A DNA stretch of 64,000 nt from Planctomycetota bacterium (GTDB lineage: Bacteria > Planctomycetota > Planctomycetia > Pirellulales > Pirellulaceae): the NCBI GenBank assembly GCA_037144155.1, contig JBAWXH010000008.1, positions 28,261 through 92,260 of the forward strand, read 5' to 3'. The position numbers and the translations under genes were made by a program. Under the pieces are notes generated by a model. That model ran no database searches. It had not been told where the DNA came from and was given only the letters and a program-made list of their open reading frames with translations. This document shows positions 18,763 to 29,151 of this stretch, piece by piece (positions within the stretch are counted from its first letter, which is position 1; each line of letters begins with the position of its first letter).

Positions 18763-18985
18763 GGCTTCATCCTTGTGCAAACCCACCGAGCGAACCTGCC
18801 CTTTGAAAACTAATGCTGTTCTGTATCGGCAACCCGATGACGAGAGCAAGCCCGTTCTGGCAGGAATTCGGATCATAGATAGCAATCGCAGAACCGTTTA
18901 GATGGTTTATTCCGCGGCTATGGTTTGGAGGGAGGCGGCTATGGTTCGGAGGCAAGACCGGATGCACCGGAACTCCAAAATCGGA

Positions 18986-21769
18986 TCAGCCGGTAGTACC
19001 AAGTCCGCTGGCGATGGCATTGACGGTGAGCAAGAGTTGCGGGATGAGTTGATCGGCTTCTTTCGTTTGTTGCATGCGATGATAGCTGCGCCACATTTTG
19101 AGTAAATCGATTTGTTGCCGATGGAGCACTTTCAAGCCGTTGGACCGGAGATTCATCATTCGTTGAACGTTTGGGCGTCGGTCTGCAAGCCGTCCACCAT
19201 AGATATGTTCGATCATGCTACGCGTGAGTTCCAGTTCCTTTTCGATGGCACTCATGAATCGATCTCGTAATTGGGGATCTTCAACCATCATGGCGTAGGC
19301 TCTCATGATCTCGATATCGGTTGCTGCAAGACTCGTAGCCACGTTGCTGATTAAGTAGTGAAGTGGCGCCCATTGGTTCATCGTCTCTTTGATCTCTACG
19401 AAAGTGGATGGATCGTTCTGTTGAAGCTGCCCGAGTGCAGATCCTACTCCGTACCAACCCGACAAAAAGAAGCGTGCTTGCCCCCAACTAAAGACCCAGG
19501 GAATTGCGCGTAGGTCCGCCAGTGTTTGTTGGCCGGTGCGGCGCGATGGACGCGATCCGATGCGACTTTGTTCGATCGCATCGATCGGAGTGGCTTGGCG
19601 AAAGAACGTGACAAAGCCCTCCCTATGTAGCAATTCTGTGTAGCTTGTGCGGGCCCATTGCGCGAGTTGGCTCAATGTGTTTTCGAGGGGATGATCCGAT
19701 CGATCGTTGTGCTGATCGGACAGGGTCTTTCTGGCGATTCCAGCCAAAAACAGTTCTAGATTGTAAATGGCGGTGGACTGATGCGCGTATTTCTGGGGTA
19801 TCGTTTCCCCTTGTTCGGTCAGTCGCAGGTCGCCGCGGAGTGAGTCATGGGGTAAGGCTTTGATGAATCGATGCGTTGGTCCCGCTCCACGGCTGATCGT
19901 TCCACCTCGACCATGAAAGAATCGAATACGAACGCCATACTTTTGGCCAACATCGACCAGTTCCTTTTGAGCTTGCCTCAAATGGACGAGGCTGGCCAAG
20001 ATCCCTCCATCCTTGTTGCTGTCGCTGTATCCGATCATGATTTGGCCGACAGGTTCCACTTGTCCCCTTCGTTTTTGAATCGCGCGCAGGCTCCGGAGCG
20101 TGATGGGGTGGTTTAGGAACGCATCGTAAATCGAGGGACTTCGCTGCAAGTCATCCACGGTTTCAAAGAGAGGGACCACCATCATAGGACATTGCAATCC
20201 CTCGGATGATTCTTCCATCAAGCCCACTTCTCTAGCTAGAAGATAGACCACGAGCAAATCCGACACATTCCGAGTCATGCTCACGATCAAACATCCCAAG
20301 CCATCTTCTCCGTATGCGGCGCGATACTCTTTGAGTACTCTCAACGAGGAGAGAACCGCATCGGCTTCCAGTCCAAGGGAGACATCGGGGCGAGCAAAGG
20401 GTCGTTTGGACTCGAGTTCGCGCTCCAACATCGCGATCCGTTCTGCTTCCGTCCACTGCGAAAAATTTGTGGTTGTATAGCCTGCGGCCGCCAGCAGTTG
20501 TTCGACCGCACGATCGTGGAAGGCACTATTCTGTCGAACATCGAGCACCGCCAAATGGAATCCGAATGTCTGAACGATTCGCATCAGTGGTTGAACGGCG
20601 TAATCTGCCGGCCGTCGCTGACCTGATGCAACCAAGCTGTTGTAAAGCAGGCGGAGATCCTCCAGCAGTTCTGATGCACCTTGGTAGGCAGGAAGTGCAA
20701 CGGGTGCGATGCGGTCTGAAGACGCATCCAGTCGAGGCAAGCGCGCCAACATCGTGTTGATGAACTGCCGCCATGGTTCATTGGGATTGCGATCGATGGC
20801 CTTTTTCCCCTCCGTCCCCAAACGATCCGAAGCGGCTGCTAGGACTTGCAAAAATTCCGGATTCGGTCGCTGCCAATAAGCTGATAGGCTCAGCAGTCGG
20901 GTCAATTGCAACAACTGGCGGTGAACGAGCCCCAACGCGCTGCTACGCATTTCCAGCAAGCTCTGTCGTGTCACGTCCGCAGTGACGAGCGGATGACCAT
21001 CCCTATCCCCCCCGACCCATGTTCCAAAGGTCAAACGAGGAAAAACGAGAGGATCATCGAAAACGGATGGGTCGAGGCCAACGTCGGTCCATGCCCTTCG
21101 CAGTCTGCCATCCAGCGGACGAAGGACCGCGGGGAAAACGTGCGTTAGATAGTCGAGCACATTGCGACGCTCAGACTGAATGTCTGGCTTGTCGAGGTAG
21201 ATTTCACCGGTTCGCCACAAGATCGCCAGCAATGCTCGAACGGCGAAATCATTTTCTTCCGCCTGAGGATTTTGGCCACCCAGCGCATCGTTCGACGTTT
21301 GCTGATGCAGTTGAAGTCGTTCGAAGAGTCTGCGGTGGTGAGCCAGAACGGTCGCCCGCTTCGCCTCGGTGGGGTGAGCTGTCAAAACCAGCTCCAATTG
21401 GAGTTTTGGCAGTTCCTTGGCAATCTGTTCCGACGACCAGCCTTGTTCCTTGAGTTGGCGGAGGGAATCACCCCAAAGAGCCGGCAAAGCATCCAACCCG
21501 GATTGCCGCTCCATGCTTTGTCGAAAGTGATCTGCCGCATTCTGCTCGGCCATCCCCAACAATTGGAATGCGATCGAGTATGCCTGTGTCAAGTGAACCG
21601 ATGGGCTCAGGTTTGCCGACGAAGAAGGTTCCTCGGTGGACAGTGGGAAAATTCCTGCGAGTTCTTTCTCACCAGACTCCTCAAGCACATCTCGGAAGGA
21701 TTCCAAAATCCAGTCCCATTGGCCACGCAGGCTTTGCTCATTCAAGGCCAGAACGCTCTCGACAACCAT
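18986..21769 (-). CDS. ppc: Phosphoenolpyruvate carboxylase
   Basis: VLTAHPTE, WVGGDRDG, MIGYSDSNKDGG, FHGRGGTISRG, LRAIPWVFSW. Confidence 0.97.
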   Translation of the reverse strand: MVVESVLALNEQSLRGQWDWILESFRDVLEESGEKELAGIFPLSTEEPSSSANLSPSVHLTQAYSIAFQLLGMAEQNAADHFRQSMERQSGLDALPALWGDSLRQLKEQGWSSEQIAKELPKLQLELVLTAHPTEAKRATVLAHHRRLFERLQLHQQTSNDALGGQNPQAEENDFAVRALLAILWRTGEIYLDKPDIQSERRNVLDYLTHVFPAVLRPLDGRLRRAWTDVGLDPSVFDDPLVFPRLTFGTWVGGDRDGHPLVTADVTRQSLLEMRSSALGLVHRQLLQLTRLLSLSAYWQRPNPEFLQVLAAASDRLGTEGKKAIDRNPNEPWRQFINTMLARLPRLDASSDRIAPVALPAYQGASELLEDLRLLYNSLVASGQRRPADYAVQPLMRIVQTFGFHLAVLDVRQNSAFHDRAVEQLLAAAGYTTTNFSQWTEAERIAMLERELESKRPFARPDVSLGLEADAVLSSLRVLKEYRAAYGEDGLGCLIVSMTRNVSDLLVVYLLAREVGLMEESSEGLQCPMMVVPLFETVDDLQRSPSIYDAFLNHPITLRSLRAIQKRRGQVEPVGQIMIGYSDSNKDGGILASLVHLRQAQKELVDVGQKYGVRIRFFHGRGGTISRGAGPTHRFIKALPHDSLRGDLRLTEQGETIPQKYAHQSTAIYNLELFLAGIARKTLSDQHNDRSDHPLENTLSQLAQWARTSYTELLHREGFVTFFRQATPIDAIEQSRIGSRPSRRTGQQTLADLRAIPWVFSWGQARFFLSGWYGVGSALGQLQQNDPSTFVEIKETMNQWAPLHYLISNVATSLAATDIEIMRAYAMMVEDPQLRDRFMSAIEKELELTRSMIEHIYGGRLADRRPNVQRMMNLRSNGLKVLHRQQIDLLKMWRSYHRMQQTKEADQLIPQLLLTVNAIASGLGTTG

Positions 21770-22260
21770 ACCTATCCCTTGTGGTTTATTGGAATTTTCA
21801 ATGGACGCTAGCCACCAAGAATCACGTTTTCGTCGGAATCTGCTAGGTCGGTTGAATGCGAAGAGGGCCTGTAGCGTAAACGTTCGCGTATGAACTTTCT
21901 ACTAGACCTTTCAAAGCTCCGCGTTAAAGCTCGGCGAACCCTTGGAACAAATTTGGCAGTGGGAACAAATCTGGACCGGCACCCCCTGTTCGCATTTACC
22001 AGGTTCGTTTTTAGAATGCTTTGGTTACCATATACGGAAGATCGATTGGAACCGAGGAATAGGGATCGAAGGAATGGTAATGAATGGTGGGAAGGTTGCA
22101 GGTGAGTCTAGCTTGCGGGGTACATGAACATGTCGGCAGGCTGGATAGCCCTGCGAGAATCTGGAGTGTGTCGGGCTGGATGCCGACGGGACTGTCCCTA
22201 GGAACTGATTTCGGATCGCGAGATCTAAGATTCCATGTTTTAGTAACGGGTAATTCTTCG

Positions 22261-22590
22261 ATGGCTACGCCTAAGACAACTGTCTTTCATCTTCCCAATC
22301 GCATCGACACTTGGACTATCCAGCAGGTGGAAGAGTCTTTCTTTGTGCAACAATTCGATCCGGGCGTCCATGTTATTTTGGACATGAGCAATGTCACCTT
22401 TATGAGCAGTTCTGGGATTCGATTTTTGCTGGTCGCCTCCGACCGTCTGCGCAAGAACGGCGGAGGTGATATCCTGCTAGTCGCTTTGCAGAAGAGCGTT
22501 TACGATATTCTCGCTGTTTGCAACCTCGACAAACGACTCCAGATATTCGAGACATTGGAAGCCGCCCAGAAACATTTAGGGATGCCCTAA
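22261..22590 (+). CDS. STAS domain protein (anti-sigma factor antagonist type)
   Basis: LDMSNVTFMSSSGIR motif, about 109 aa. ATG at 22261; the upstream extension in the ORF track looks non-coding. Confidence 0.85.
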   Translation: MATPKTTVFHLPNRIDTWTIQQVEESFFVQQFDPGVHVILDMSNVTFMSSSGIRFLLVASDRLRKNGGGDILLVALQKSVYDILAVCNLDKRLQIFETLEAAQKHLGMP

Positions 22591-22777
22591 ACAACCTTCT
22601 TCGGGCCCACCTCTCTCCCGGGCCCAGTCGCGGTTGGCATGAGGTCGATGCATCGCGAATGACAACCAAAAAACAAAAAAGCCTTCGATGCAACTTCGAT
22701 CGAGGCATCCGGCTCGGTGTACATTTCCCTAGTCCATTCGTCCAAGAATTTTATCCTCCCAGCTAGAACTTCGAGCT

Positions 22778-23728
22778 ATGCCGACAAATTCAAGCAACGA
22801 GCGCAATCGAAGCGGAAAGGAATGGTTCAAGACCGCCTTCGCATGGACCGGGACTGCATTGCCATTGTGCTATCCCCGGATCCTCCTGATGGTTGGCTTT
22901 TCGATCCTCGTCGAATTGATCTACAAGGGGGAAGTTTTTTTTGGACTTAATCCCGAGCCCGTCAGTGAAGGGAGCGAGCTTGATTCGTTTGGCCACGTGG
23001 TTCTCGGCTCATTGATCGGCTTCTTGCTTGTCATGCGAATGAATTCTTCGAATAGTCGGTATTGGGAAGGGCGCACGCATTGGGGAACGATCATCAATAC
23101 CAGCCGCAATCTCGCACGAGCTGCGTCCCTGTACACCAAGGAGGGAGAATACTTTGCAGATTTAGTTGCCGGATTTGCGATCAGCCTGAAGCTTGCGCTG
23201 CGAGGCTCTCGCGATTTAGCCGAAGCCGCACCGTTCTTGCCCGAGTCCCTCGTGCGCGTAGCGGATAACTTTGGAAATCAACCGACCGCCATCGCGGCCG
23301 CCATGACGGCTTGGGTTCGCAAGAATTCGGTGGACGGCATAATCAATCCCGAAATGACGAGGCACTTCGAAGTCCAGATTGCCGAATTGATCAACGCGCA
23401 AGGGGGGTGCGAGAAGATCCAGAAGACCCCATTGCCGTTCGCGTATGTTTCACTGATCAAACTGCTGATCTTGGCTTATTTGGTCACGTTGCCACTGGTC
23501 ATTTGCGAACGCTTTGGATGGTGGTCCCCGGTCTTGATGGCTGTTTTATCGTTAGGCATGTTCGGTATGGAGGAAACCAGTGTTGAAATCGAAGATCCCT
23601 TTGGAACCAATCCCAATTGTTTGGATTTGGATGTATTGACGATTACTATCACACGGGACGTAGGGCAGCTTTCCCATTTTTCGGATGCCCTCGTGAGCGC
23701 AGCGCCTGGCCCCATCAATTCGTATTAG
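22778..23728 (+). CDS. Bestrophin-family ion channel
   Basis: LLVMRMNSSNSRYWEGRTHWG, CEKIQKTPLPFAY, EIEDPFG. Confidence 0.92.
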   Translation: MPTNSSNERNRSGKEWFKTAFAWTGTALPLCYPRILLMVGFSILVELIYKGEVFFGLNPEPVSEGSELDSFGHVVLGSLIGFLLVMRMNSSNSRYWEGRTHWGTIINTSRNLARAASLYTKEGEYFADLVAGFAISLKLALRGSRDLAEAAPFLPESLVRVADNFGNQPTAIAAAMTAWVRKNSVDGIINPEMTRHFEVQIAELINAQGGCEKIQKTPLPFAYVSLIKLLILAYLVTLPLVICERFGWWSPVLMAVLSLGMFGMEETSVEIEDPFGTNPNCLDLDVLTITITRDVGQLSHFSDALVSAAPGPINSY

Positions 23729-23769
23729 CTGGACATCCTGGCGGAACGGGTGCCTGAAACCGACCCACC

Positions 23770-24558
23770 ATGAAACGACCCCTTGGGAAGGGACCCACTC
23801 CAGGTCCGTACATTGAAAAAGTCTTCATGGATCGGTCTCGTATTCAGGATCCGAATCACTACGCGTTTCAAATTCCAGCTATCGAAAAGTTTGAGCAATT
23901 AGAACTGCATCCGAAAGTAACCTTCTTTGTCGGCGACAACGGCTCCGGCAAGTCCACATTGCTTGAAGCGATCGCCGTTGCCAATGGTTTGAATGCAGAA
24001 GGTGGAAGCCGTAATGTCCAATTTTCAACACGCGCTAGCCACTCCCAGCTGCACGAAGCATTGCGCATGCGTCGCTACCATGCGTTGATTCCCGACGCTT
24101 GGTTTTTGCGAGCGGAAAGCCTCTACAACGTAGCGACCGAAATCGAGCAGCTCGACCTGCAAGAAAGCAATTCTCGCAAGTTGATCGACAGTTATGGCGG
24201 CAAGTCGCTACACGAGCAATCCCATGGCGAGTCCTTCCTCGCCATCATGTCCAATCGATTCTCAGGAGGGCTCTACCTGCTGGATGAACCCGAAGCTGCG
24301 CTCTCCCCACAACGCCAGCTTGCTTTCCTTTCCTTACTGGATGCTTGGGTTCAAAAAGGTTCGCAGCTCATCATCGCGACCCATTCACCGATCCTCCTTG
24401 GCTATCCCAATTCTTGGATTTATTCTTTTTCCGAGGATGGAGTGAAACGGGTCCAGTATCTCGATACGGACCATTATCGGTTGACCAAACAATTCTTAGA
24501 TGCGCCGCAACGGATGCTCAAACACCTCCTACAGGGCGATGCTTCCGAGATGGACTAG
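23770..24558 (+). CDS. Predicted ABC/AAA ATPase (stand-alone)
   Basis: GDNGSGKST Walker A, SHGESF signature, LLDEPE Walker B, IATHSPILL. Confidence 0.88.
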   Translation: MKRPLGKGPTPGPYIEKVFMDRSRIQDPNHYAFQIPAIEKFEQLELHPKVTFFVGDNGSGKSTLLEAIAVANGLNAEGGSRNVQFSTRASHSQLHEALRMRRYHALIPDAWFLRAESLYNVATEIEQLDLQESNSRKLIDSYGGKSLHEQSHGESFLAIMSNRFSGGLYLLDEPEAALSPQRQLAFLSLLDAWVQKGSQLIIATHSPILLGYPNSWIYSFSEDGVKRVQYLDTDHYRLTKQFLDAPQRMLKHLLQGDASEMD

Positions 24559-24832
24559 CCATTTTCAACCCTTTTTTGCCTGCACGCGAATCGTTCGAAA
24601 TGAGAGCATTTGCCGAATCGACTCCTTCCCTTCTCCGCGAGACTCCCCTGGTTGCGATCTCCCGTTAACCCTGGTTCTGATAGCCTCCTAGTGCCGATTC
24701 GACTAGACTATCGTCTCAAAAGATCTTGTACTTTGTTGTTGCCTGGTGCAGCCAGTCAGTCATGTCGAGTAAACCACACGAACCCGCGCCGAATCCCTCG
24801 TCATTCGAGAGATTCATCTGAACAGTGCAACC

Positions 24833-25447
24833 GTGACGGGTCACTCGTTGACCGATCCTCCATTGTTGGGACCAGTTATGCCCGACACGATGGGAGAAGA
24901 AACATCGCAGGAAAATGGAGTCGCACCAGCCAATAAATCCGACGACGCTAGCACGATCAGAACCAATCTTGTCCTTGGTGACTTGAGTGTTTCCAACAAT
25001 GAAGTCAAACACGAACCATGGACCGAAAAACTGGTTGAATCGATCATACAAAGTGCACAGCCGACTGATACGGAGCCTTTGGAAGAAGATACCTTCCCTG
25101 ATGCAACCGTCGTCTTCACGGGAGGGATCGCGTGTATTTTTTGGACGACCTTCACCCTAGGGGGGATTTGTCAGTACTTCACGGGCTCATGCGTCGTCCG
25201 GCGTGATGGCTGCCGTATGAATTTGTGGAGAAGCTTGTTGCGGGCCAGTCTCTTGTTTTTGCCTGTGATCGGGCTTGGGCTGCTGGCAGCCTATGGAAAT
25301 AGCCGGGGTGTCGATGGGATTTGGATCACTTCGCAATGGAAACGGGCATTTATCATTTTGCCTTTCATTTATTTGGCTTCGACCATTCGATGGTCACACC
25401 TTACCCTGCTCGATATGGTTTCTGGAACAGCCGTCGTTCCTCGCTAA
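24833..25447 (+). CDS. RDD-like membrane protein, possibly 5'-truncated
   Basis: C-terminal GSCVVRRDG..RSLLR..P..LLDMVSGTAVVPR resembles RDD. Weak start, with an in-frame TAA at 24770. Confidence 0.55.
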   Translation: MTGHSLTDPPLLGPVMPDTMGEETSQENGVAPANKSDDASTIRTNLVLGDLSVSNNEVKHEPWTEKLVESIIQSAQPTDTEPLEEDTFPDATVVFTGGIACIFWTTFTLGGICQYFTGSCVVRRDGCRMNLWRSLLRASLLFLPVIGLGLLAAYGNSRGVDGIWITSQWKRAFIILPFIYLASTIRWSHLTLLDMVSGTAVVPR

Positions 25448-25586
25448 CGAGGCCGAGCCATTGGGAAATTGTACGTACTAAAAAACCGAAGCGACTCAGG
25501 ATTATTGGAGTACACTGTAGAGCGTCCCTTCGTTCCAAAAAACCGACATGTTCTTCCTCAACTCTTCGCCTTGGAGTCTATCAAGC

Positions 25587-26489
25587 ATGAGATGGATCAG
25601 TTTTGCAATTTGGGTAGGTTTGCTGGTCAGTCTCTCTCGAGCAGCCCCCCAAGAATCGGCCAAACTTCGGAGCGATTCCGTCGCAACCGATCGCAGTCCG
25701 ATCGAACAAGCCGCCGAAGCCTATGAAGCGGCTTACAACAAGGGGGACGCCGCTACTCTCGAAAGTCTGTGGACCGAGGAAGCAATCTATACCAATCGCT
25801 CGACGGGAAACGTGATCAAGTCGCGAAAGAAGATCGTCGAAGAGTTTAAGAAAACCTTCGCCAGCGGCAAGAAATCGACGATGGCTCTCACCACCGATTC
25901 CGTGCAGTTCATTTCCCCGACCGTTGCTGTCGAACATGGTACAGCCTCGATCGAAAGCAAAGGATCGGACCCGGAATCGTATGTCTATACCGCTGTCTAT
26001 GTGAAGCAAGGGAATCAATGGCTTCTCGACCGTGTCACCGATGATGAAGCTCCCATTCCTCATCCCAGCCAACAGTTGCAGGCACTGGAATGGATCATCG
26101 GTAGTTGGCGCGGAGGATCCAGCGATTCCGAAGTCCGGATTGAAAGCAATTGGGCAACCAACCGAAGTTTCATTTCGCGCACTTTCACCATTACCGGAGG
26201 AAAGGAGACGTTTTCGGGAACTCAGATCATCGGTTGGGATCCAATCAATCAACGGATACGAAGTTGGACCTTTGATCAAGACGGTACCTATGCCGAAGGA
26301 ACTTGGTCCAATCGCGGAGATAGTTGGACCATTACCAACCAAGGTGTGTTATCCGATGGAAAGAAATCGGGAATGGTCAACGTCATGACCAAGATTGACG
26401 CGAACACCATCTCTTGGAAAACACTCGATCGTGCGGCGGCGGGCAAGCTTCTACCGAATATCGGCGAAGTCATCCTGTTGCGTGAATAG
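25587..26489 (+). CDS. Secreted NTF2-like (SgcJ/EcaC, DUF4440) domain protein
   Basis: Signal peptide, YEAAYNKGDAATLESLWTEEA, VAVEHG, LEWIIGSW, IIGWDP..IRSWTFD. GGAG RBS. Confidence 0.8.
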   Translation: MRWISFAIWVGLLVSLSRAAPQESAKLRSDSVATDRSPIEQAAEAYEAAYNKGDAATLESLWTEEAIYTNRSTGNVIKSRKKIVEEFKKTFASGKKSTMALTTDSVQFISPTVAVEHGTASIESKGSDPESYVYTAVYVKQGNQWLLDRVTDDEAPIPHPSQQLQALEWIIGSWRGGSSDSEVRIESNWATNRSFISRTFTITGGKETFSGTQIIGWDPINQRIRSWTFDQDGTYAEGTWSNRGDSWTITNQGVLSDGKKSGMVNVMTKIDANTISWKTLDRAAAGKLLPNIGEVILLRE

Positions 26490-26614
26490 TCCAAACGATC
26501 GTTTGGTCCAATTCCGAACGGATACCGTACCAATTCCAATCCAAAGGGTTTGCACGCGTCCATGTGTCGAACCCATCTCCTCAATACATCTCAACGTCCA
26601 TAGCAGGTCCTTCC

Positions 26615-27964
26615 ATGAAACGATTTTTTCTTTTTGCGTTTGCAGTCACAGGCTTATTGCTCCTTGCTTCCACCGAATTGAGCGCTCGCGGGGGTGGCCG
26701 TGGCGGTTTCGGTGGAGGAGGTGGTGGAGGAAGAGGAGGATTTAGCGGAGGCGGAGGAGGCTTTGGAGGAGGCGGAGGGTTTTCACCCTCGCGCGGAGGA
26801 GGGTTCGACGGGGGAGGGAACCGATCGTTCGGTGGCGATAATCGAGGCTTCAGTGATCGCGGTGGGAGTTTTGGCGGAGGCAACGCAGGAGGGGATCGGT
26901 TCGGCGGCGCAGGGAATGGAAACTTTGGCGAAGCAAATCGTCCTGGCGGATTTTCTGGCGGCGATTTCGGCCGCGACGGTTCGTTCAGTGATCGCCCTTC
27001 GACAGGACAACTCAATGATTTTCTCAACGTCCCACGTCCTTCGGATGGAGGTCTTGGAAACCGGCCCGTCGCAGGTGGTGCCGCAAATGATTTTCTAAAA
27101 GGCGATGGCCTTCAGAATGCTGCGGCCAATCGCCCAGCAGCCGGTAATGTGTTTGGAGGAGATAGGACGGGACTGGAGAACAGGCCTGCCTTGGAAAACA
27201 GACCGGGACTCGAAAATCGCCCCGCTGTGGAGAACCGCCCCGGCTTAGAGAATCGGCCCGCTTTCGCAAACCGACCCGATCGAATTCAAAATCGCCAAGA
27301 GTGGATGGACAATCGCGGGCAACGATGGAATGAGGTCCGCGGTCAAGTGCTCGATAATTATCCCCGACTGAACTTTTGGTCCAACTACCCCAATTGGGCC
27401 GCGTGGCGCATCAATGCTCCCTTTCGTTGGGCTACATGGGGAACGCTGTCAGGATGGATAGGGTACGGTTCGGTCGCTGGGCTCCCTTATAACTACGGAG
27501 ACAACTATTACTACCAAGACAATTCCGTGTACAACGACGCTGGTACGGTTGTCGCTTCCGCGACCGATTACGCTCAGCAAGCCGAAAGCATCGCAAGCAG
27601 TGCACCTGCCACGTCACCTGACCAAGCGGAATGGTTGCCCCTGGGAGTGTTTGCCATCACACAAGACGGTGAAGCCACCGGTACTCCCCCGACCCGCTTC
27701 ATGCAACTTGCGGTTAGCAAACAAGGGGTTATCAACGGATTGTTAAGCAACAAATTGACCGATGAGACCCAGCCATTAGAAGGAGCCATCGATCGAGAAT
27801 CGCAGCGGGCGGCATGGACTGTAAAAGGTCAGTCGCGACCGATCATTGAAACAGGGCTTCAAAATCTGACCACTGATACCGGATCCGCATTGATTCATTT
27901 CGAGGATGGTCAGACCCAACAAGTCCTGCTCGTGAGACTTCCGGATCCGGACAAGAAGAACTAG
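26615..27964 (+). CDS. Secreted Gly/Arg-rich repeat protein (planctomycete 'protocadherin-like' type)
   Basis: Signal peptide, RGG/FGG tract, six xxENRP repeats, WLPLGVFA and RAAWTV C-terminal domain. Confidence 0.75.
   Translation: MKRFFLFAFAVTGLLLLASTELSARGGGRGGFGGGGGGGRGGFSGGGGGFGGGGGFSPSRGGGFDGGGNRSFGGDNRGFSDRGGSFGGGNAGGDRFGGAGNGNFGEANRPGGFSGGDFGRDGSFSDRPSTGQLNDFLNVPRPSDGGLGNRPVAGGAANDFLKGDGLQNAAANRPAAGNVFGGDRTGLENRPALENRPGLENRPAVENRPGLENRPAFANRPDRIQNRQEWMDNRGQRWNEVRGQVLDNYPRLNFWSNYPNWAAWRINAPFRWATWGTLSGWIGYGSVAGLPYNYGDNYYYQDNSVYNDAGTVVASATDYAQQAESIASSAPATSPDQAEWLPLGVFAITQDGEATGTPPTRFMQLAVSKQGVINGLLSNKLTDETQPLEGAIDRESQRAAWTVKGQSRPIIETGLQNLTTDTGSALIHFEDGQTQQVLLVRLPDPDKKN
27170..27277 (+). 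repeat. Intragenic 6 x 18-bp tandem repeat encoding (G/A)-(L/V/F)-(E/A)-N-R-P
   Basis: ggactggagaacaggcct gccttggaaaacagaccg ggactcgaaaatcgcccc gctgtggagaaccgcccc ggcttagagaatcggccc gctttcgcaaaccgaccc. Confidence 0.9.
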
Positions 27965-28046
27965 AAGGCCTTCTTGCGATTCGTCGGATGGCACATGGAA
28001 AATGCACACTGCTTCACGGGCAACCCACAATCGATCTGGTTGCTCG

Positions 28047-28895
28047 TTAGGCAAGAGCTTTTTCGAACAGCACCAGCAGTCGCGACCATGCCTTCTCTGC
28101 TTGTTCCTGGTTGTAGACACGCGTATCTGGCGGACACCAACCGTGTCCCGCCGGATAGACCTCGATCTCGGCCGACAAACTGGCTTTTGAAAAGGCTTCC
28201 TCAAGGACCTTTTTGGAGTCTGGATCGCGTTGGTCATCGTTTTCAGCGATAGCAACCAAAAATTGCGCCTTCATGGATGGGATGAGCAAATGGGGACTGT
28301 CCTCATTCTTCGTCGCCAACCCACCGCCATGGAATGTACCTGCTGCGCCGATCCGTTCCGGGACCGCAGCAGCCGTACGCATCACGATGGGACCACCCAT
28401 GCAGTATCCGATCGTGCCGATCTTCTTTTCCTTGTCGACCTCAGGTTGAGCATCCAGCCACTCGACAAACGCCTTGGCATCGGTGGTGTTTGTTTCCGCA
28501 TTGAGTGTTCTCGCAAGCGGAAAAACATCTTGAATGGGGGTGCTCGTGGCATCTTGTGCCACCGGTGCTTTCTTCGACCGGTAAAATGGATTGACAACCA
28601 AGACGCTGTAGCCAGATTCCGCAAGCCGCTGTCCCATTTGACGAAAGGCGGGGCGCAATCCAAAGATATCGGGCCAAACGATGACCGCTGCGTGAGCCCC
28701 CGTCTTGGGAGTTACAAAATATGCATCGCACGTTCCATCGGGCGTTCTGATTTCAACTTCTTTTTCGGAAATCTCGGCAGCATTTGCCGATCGTGGCAGC
28801 AACAACGCAGCACCGAGCCCTGCTGAAACAATCATGCCGATGTCTCGGCGAGAATACTTGCGAACGTCTTCTTCGAAATGATCTTGATCACACAT
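28047..28895 (-). CDS. Dienelactone hydrolase family protein with Tat-like signal
   Basis: SRRDIG leader, WPDIFGLR, GYCMGG, AENDD, AGHGWC. Confidence 0.9.
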   Translation of the reverse strand: MCDQDHFEEDVRKYSRRDIGMIVSAGLGAALLLPRSANAAEISEKEVEIRTPDGTCDAYFVTPKTGAHAAVIVWPDIFGLRPAFRQMGQRLAESGYSVLVVNPFYRSKKAPVAQDATSTPIQDVFPLARTLNAETNTTDAKAFVEWLDAQPEVDKEKKIGTIGYCMGGPIVMRTAAAVPERIGAAGTFHGGGLATKNEDSPHLLIPSMKAQFLVAIAENDDQRDPDSKKVLEEAFSKASLSAEIEVYPAGHGWCPPDTRVYNQEQAEKAWSRLLVLFEKALA

Positions 28896-29151
28896 ATTGG
28901 GCAATAATCCATGTGGAATAAGAGAGGTCATAGAATGTCGAAGTGCCGGCCATGCCGGTTTTCGAGTCCATCGATCAAGTGATTATTCTAGCATCCACTT
29001 TTGACCCGAAGGCACGCATTTTCTTGCTCTTGGAGCCGAATCTCGTGACGTTTGCGTGTCTGAAGCTTGGCACTGAATCACGATTTTCCATATCGGGATC
29101 GGAGAGACCCTTTGGGTCTGCCAACCTTTTTGAAATCGCGATCGAAAATCG

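Noticed and set aside
22084-22260. N-terminal extension of the STAS ORF
   Set aside because: Non-conserved-looking sequence; the STAS domain begins right after ATG 22261
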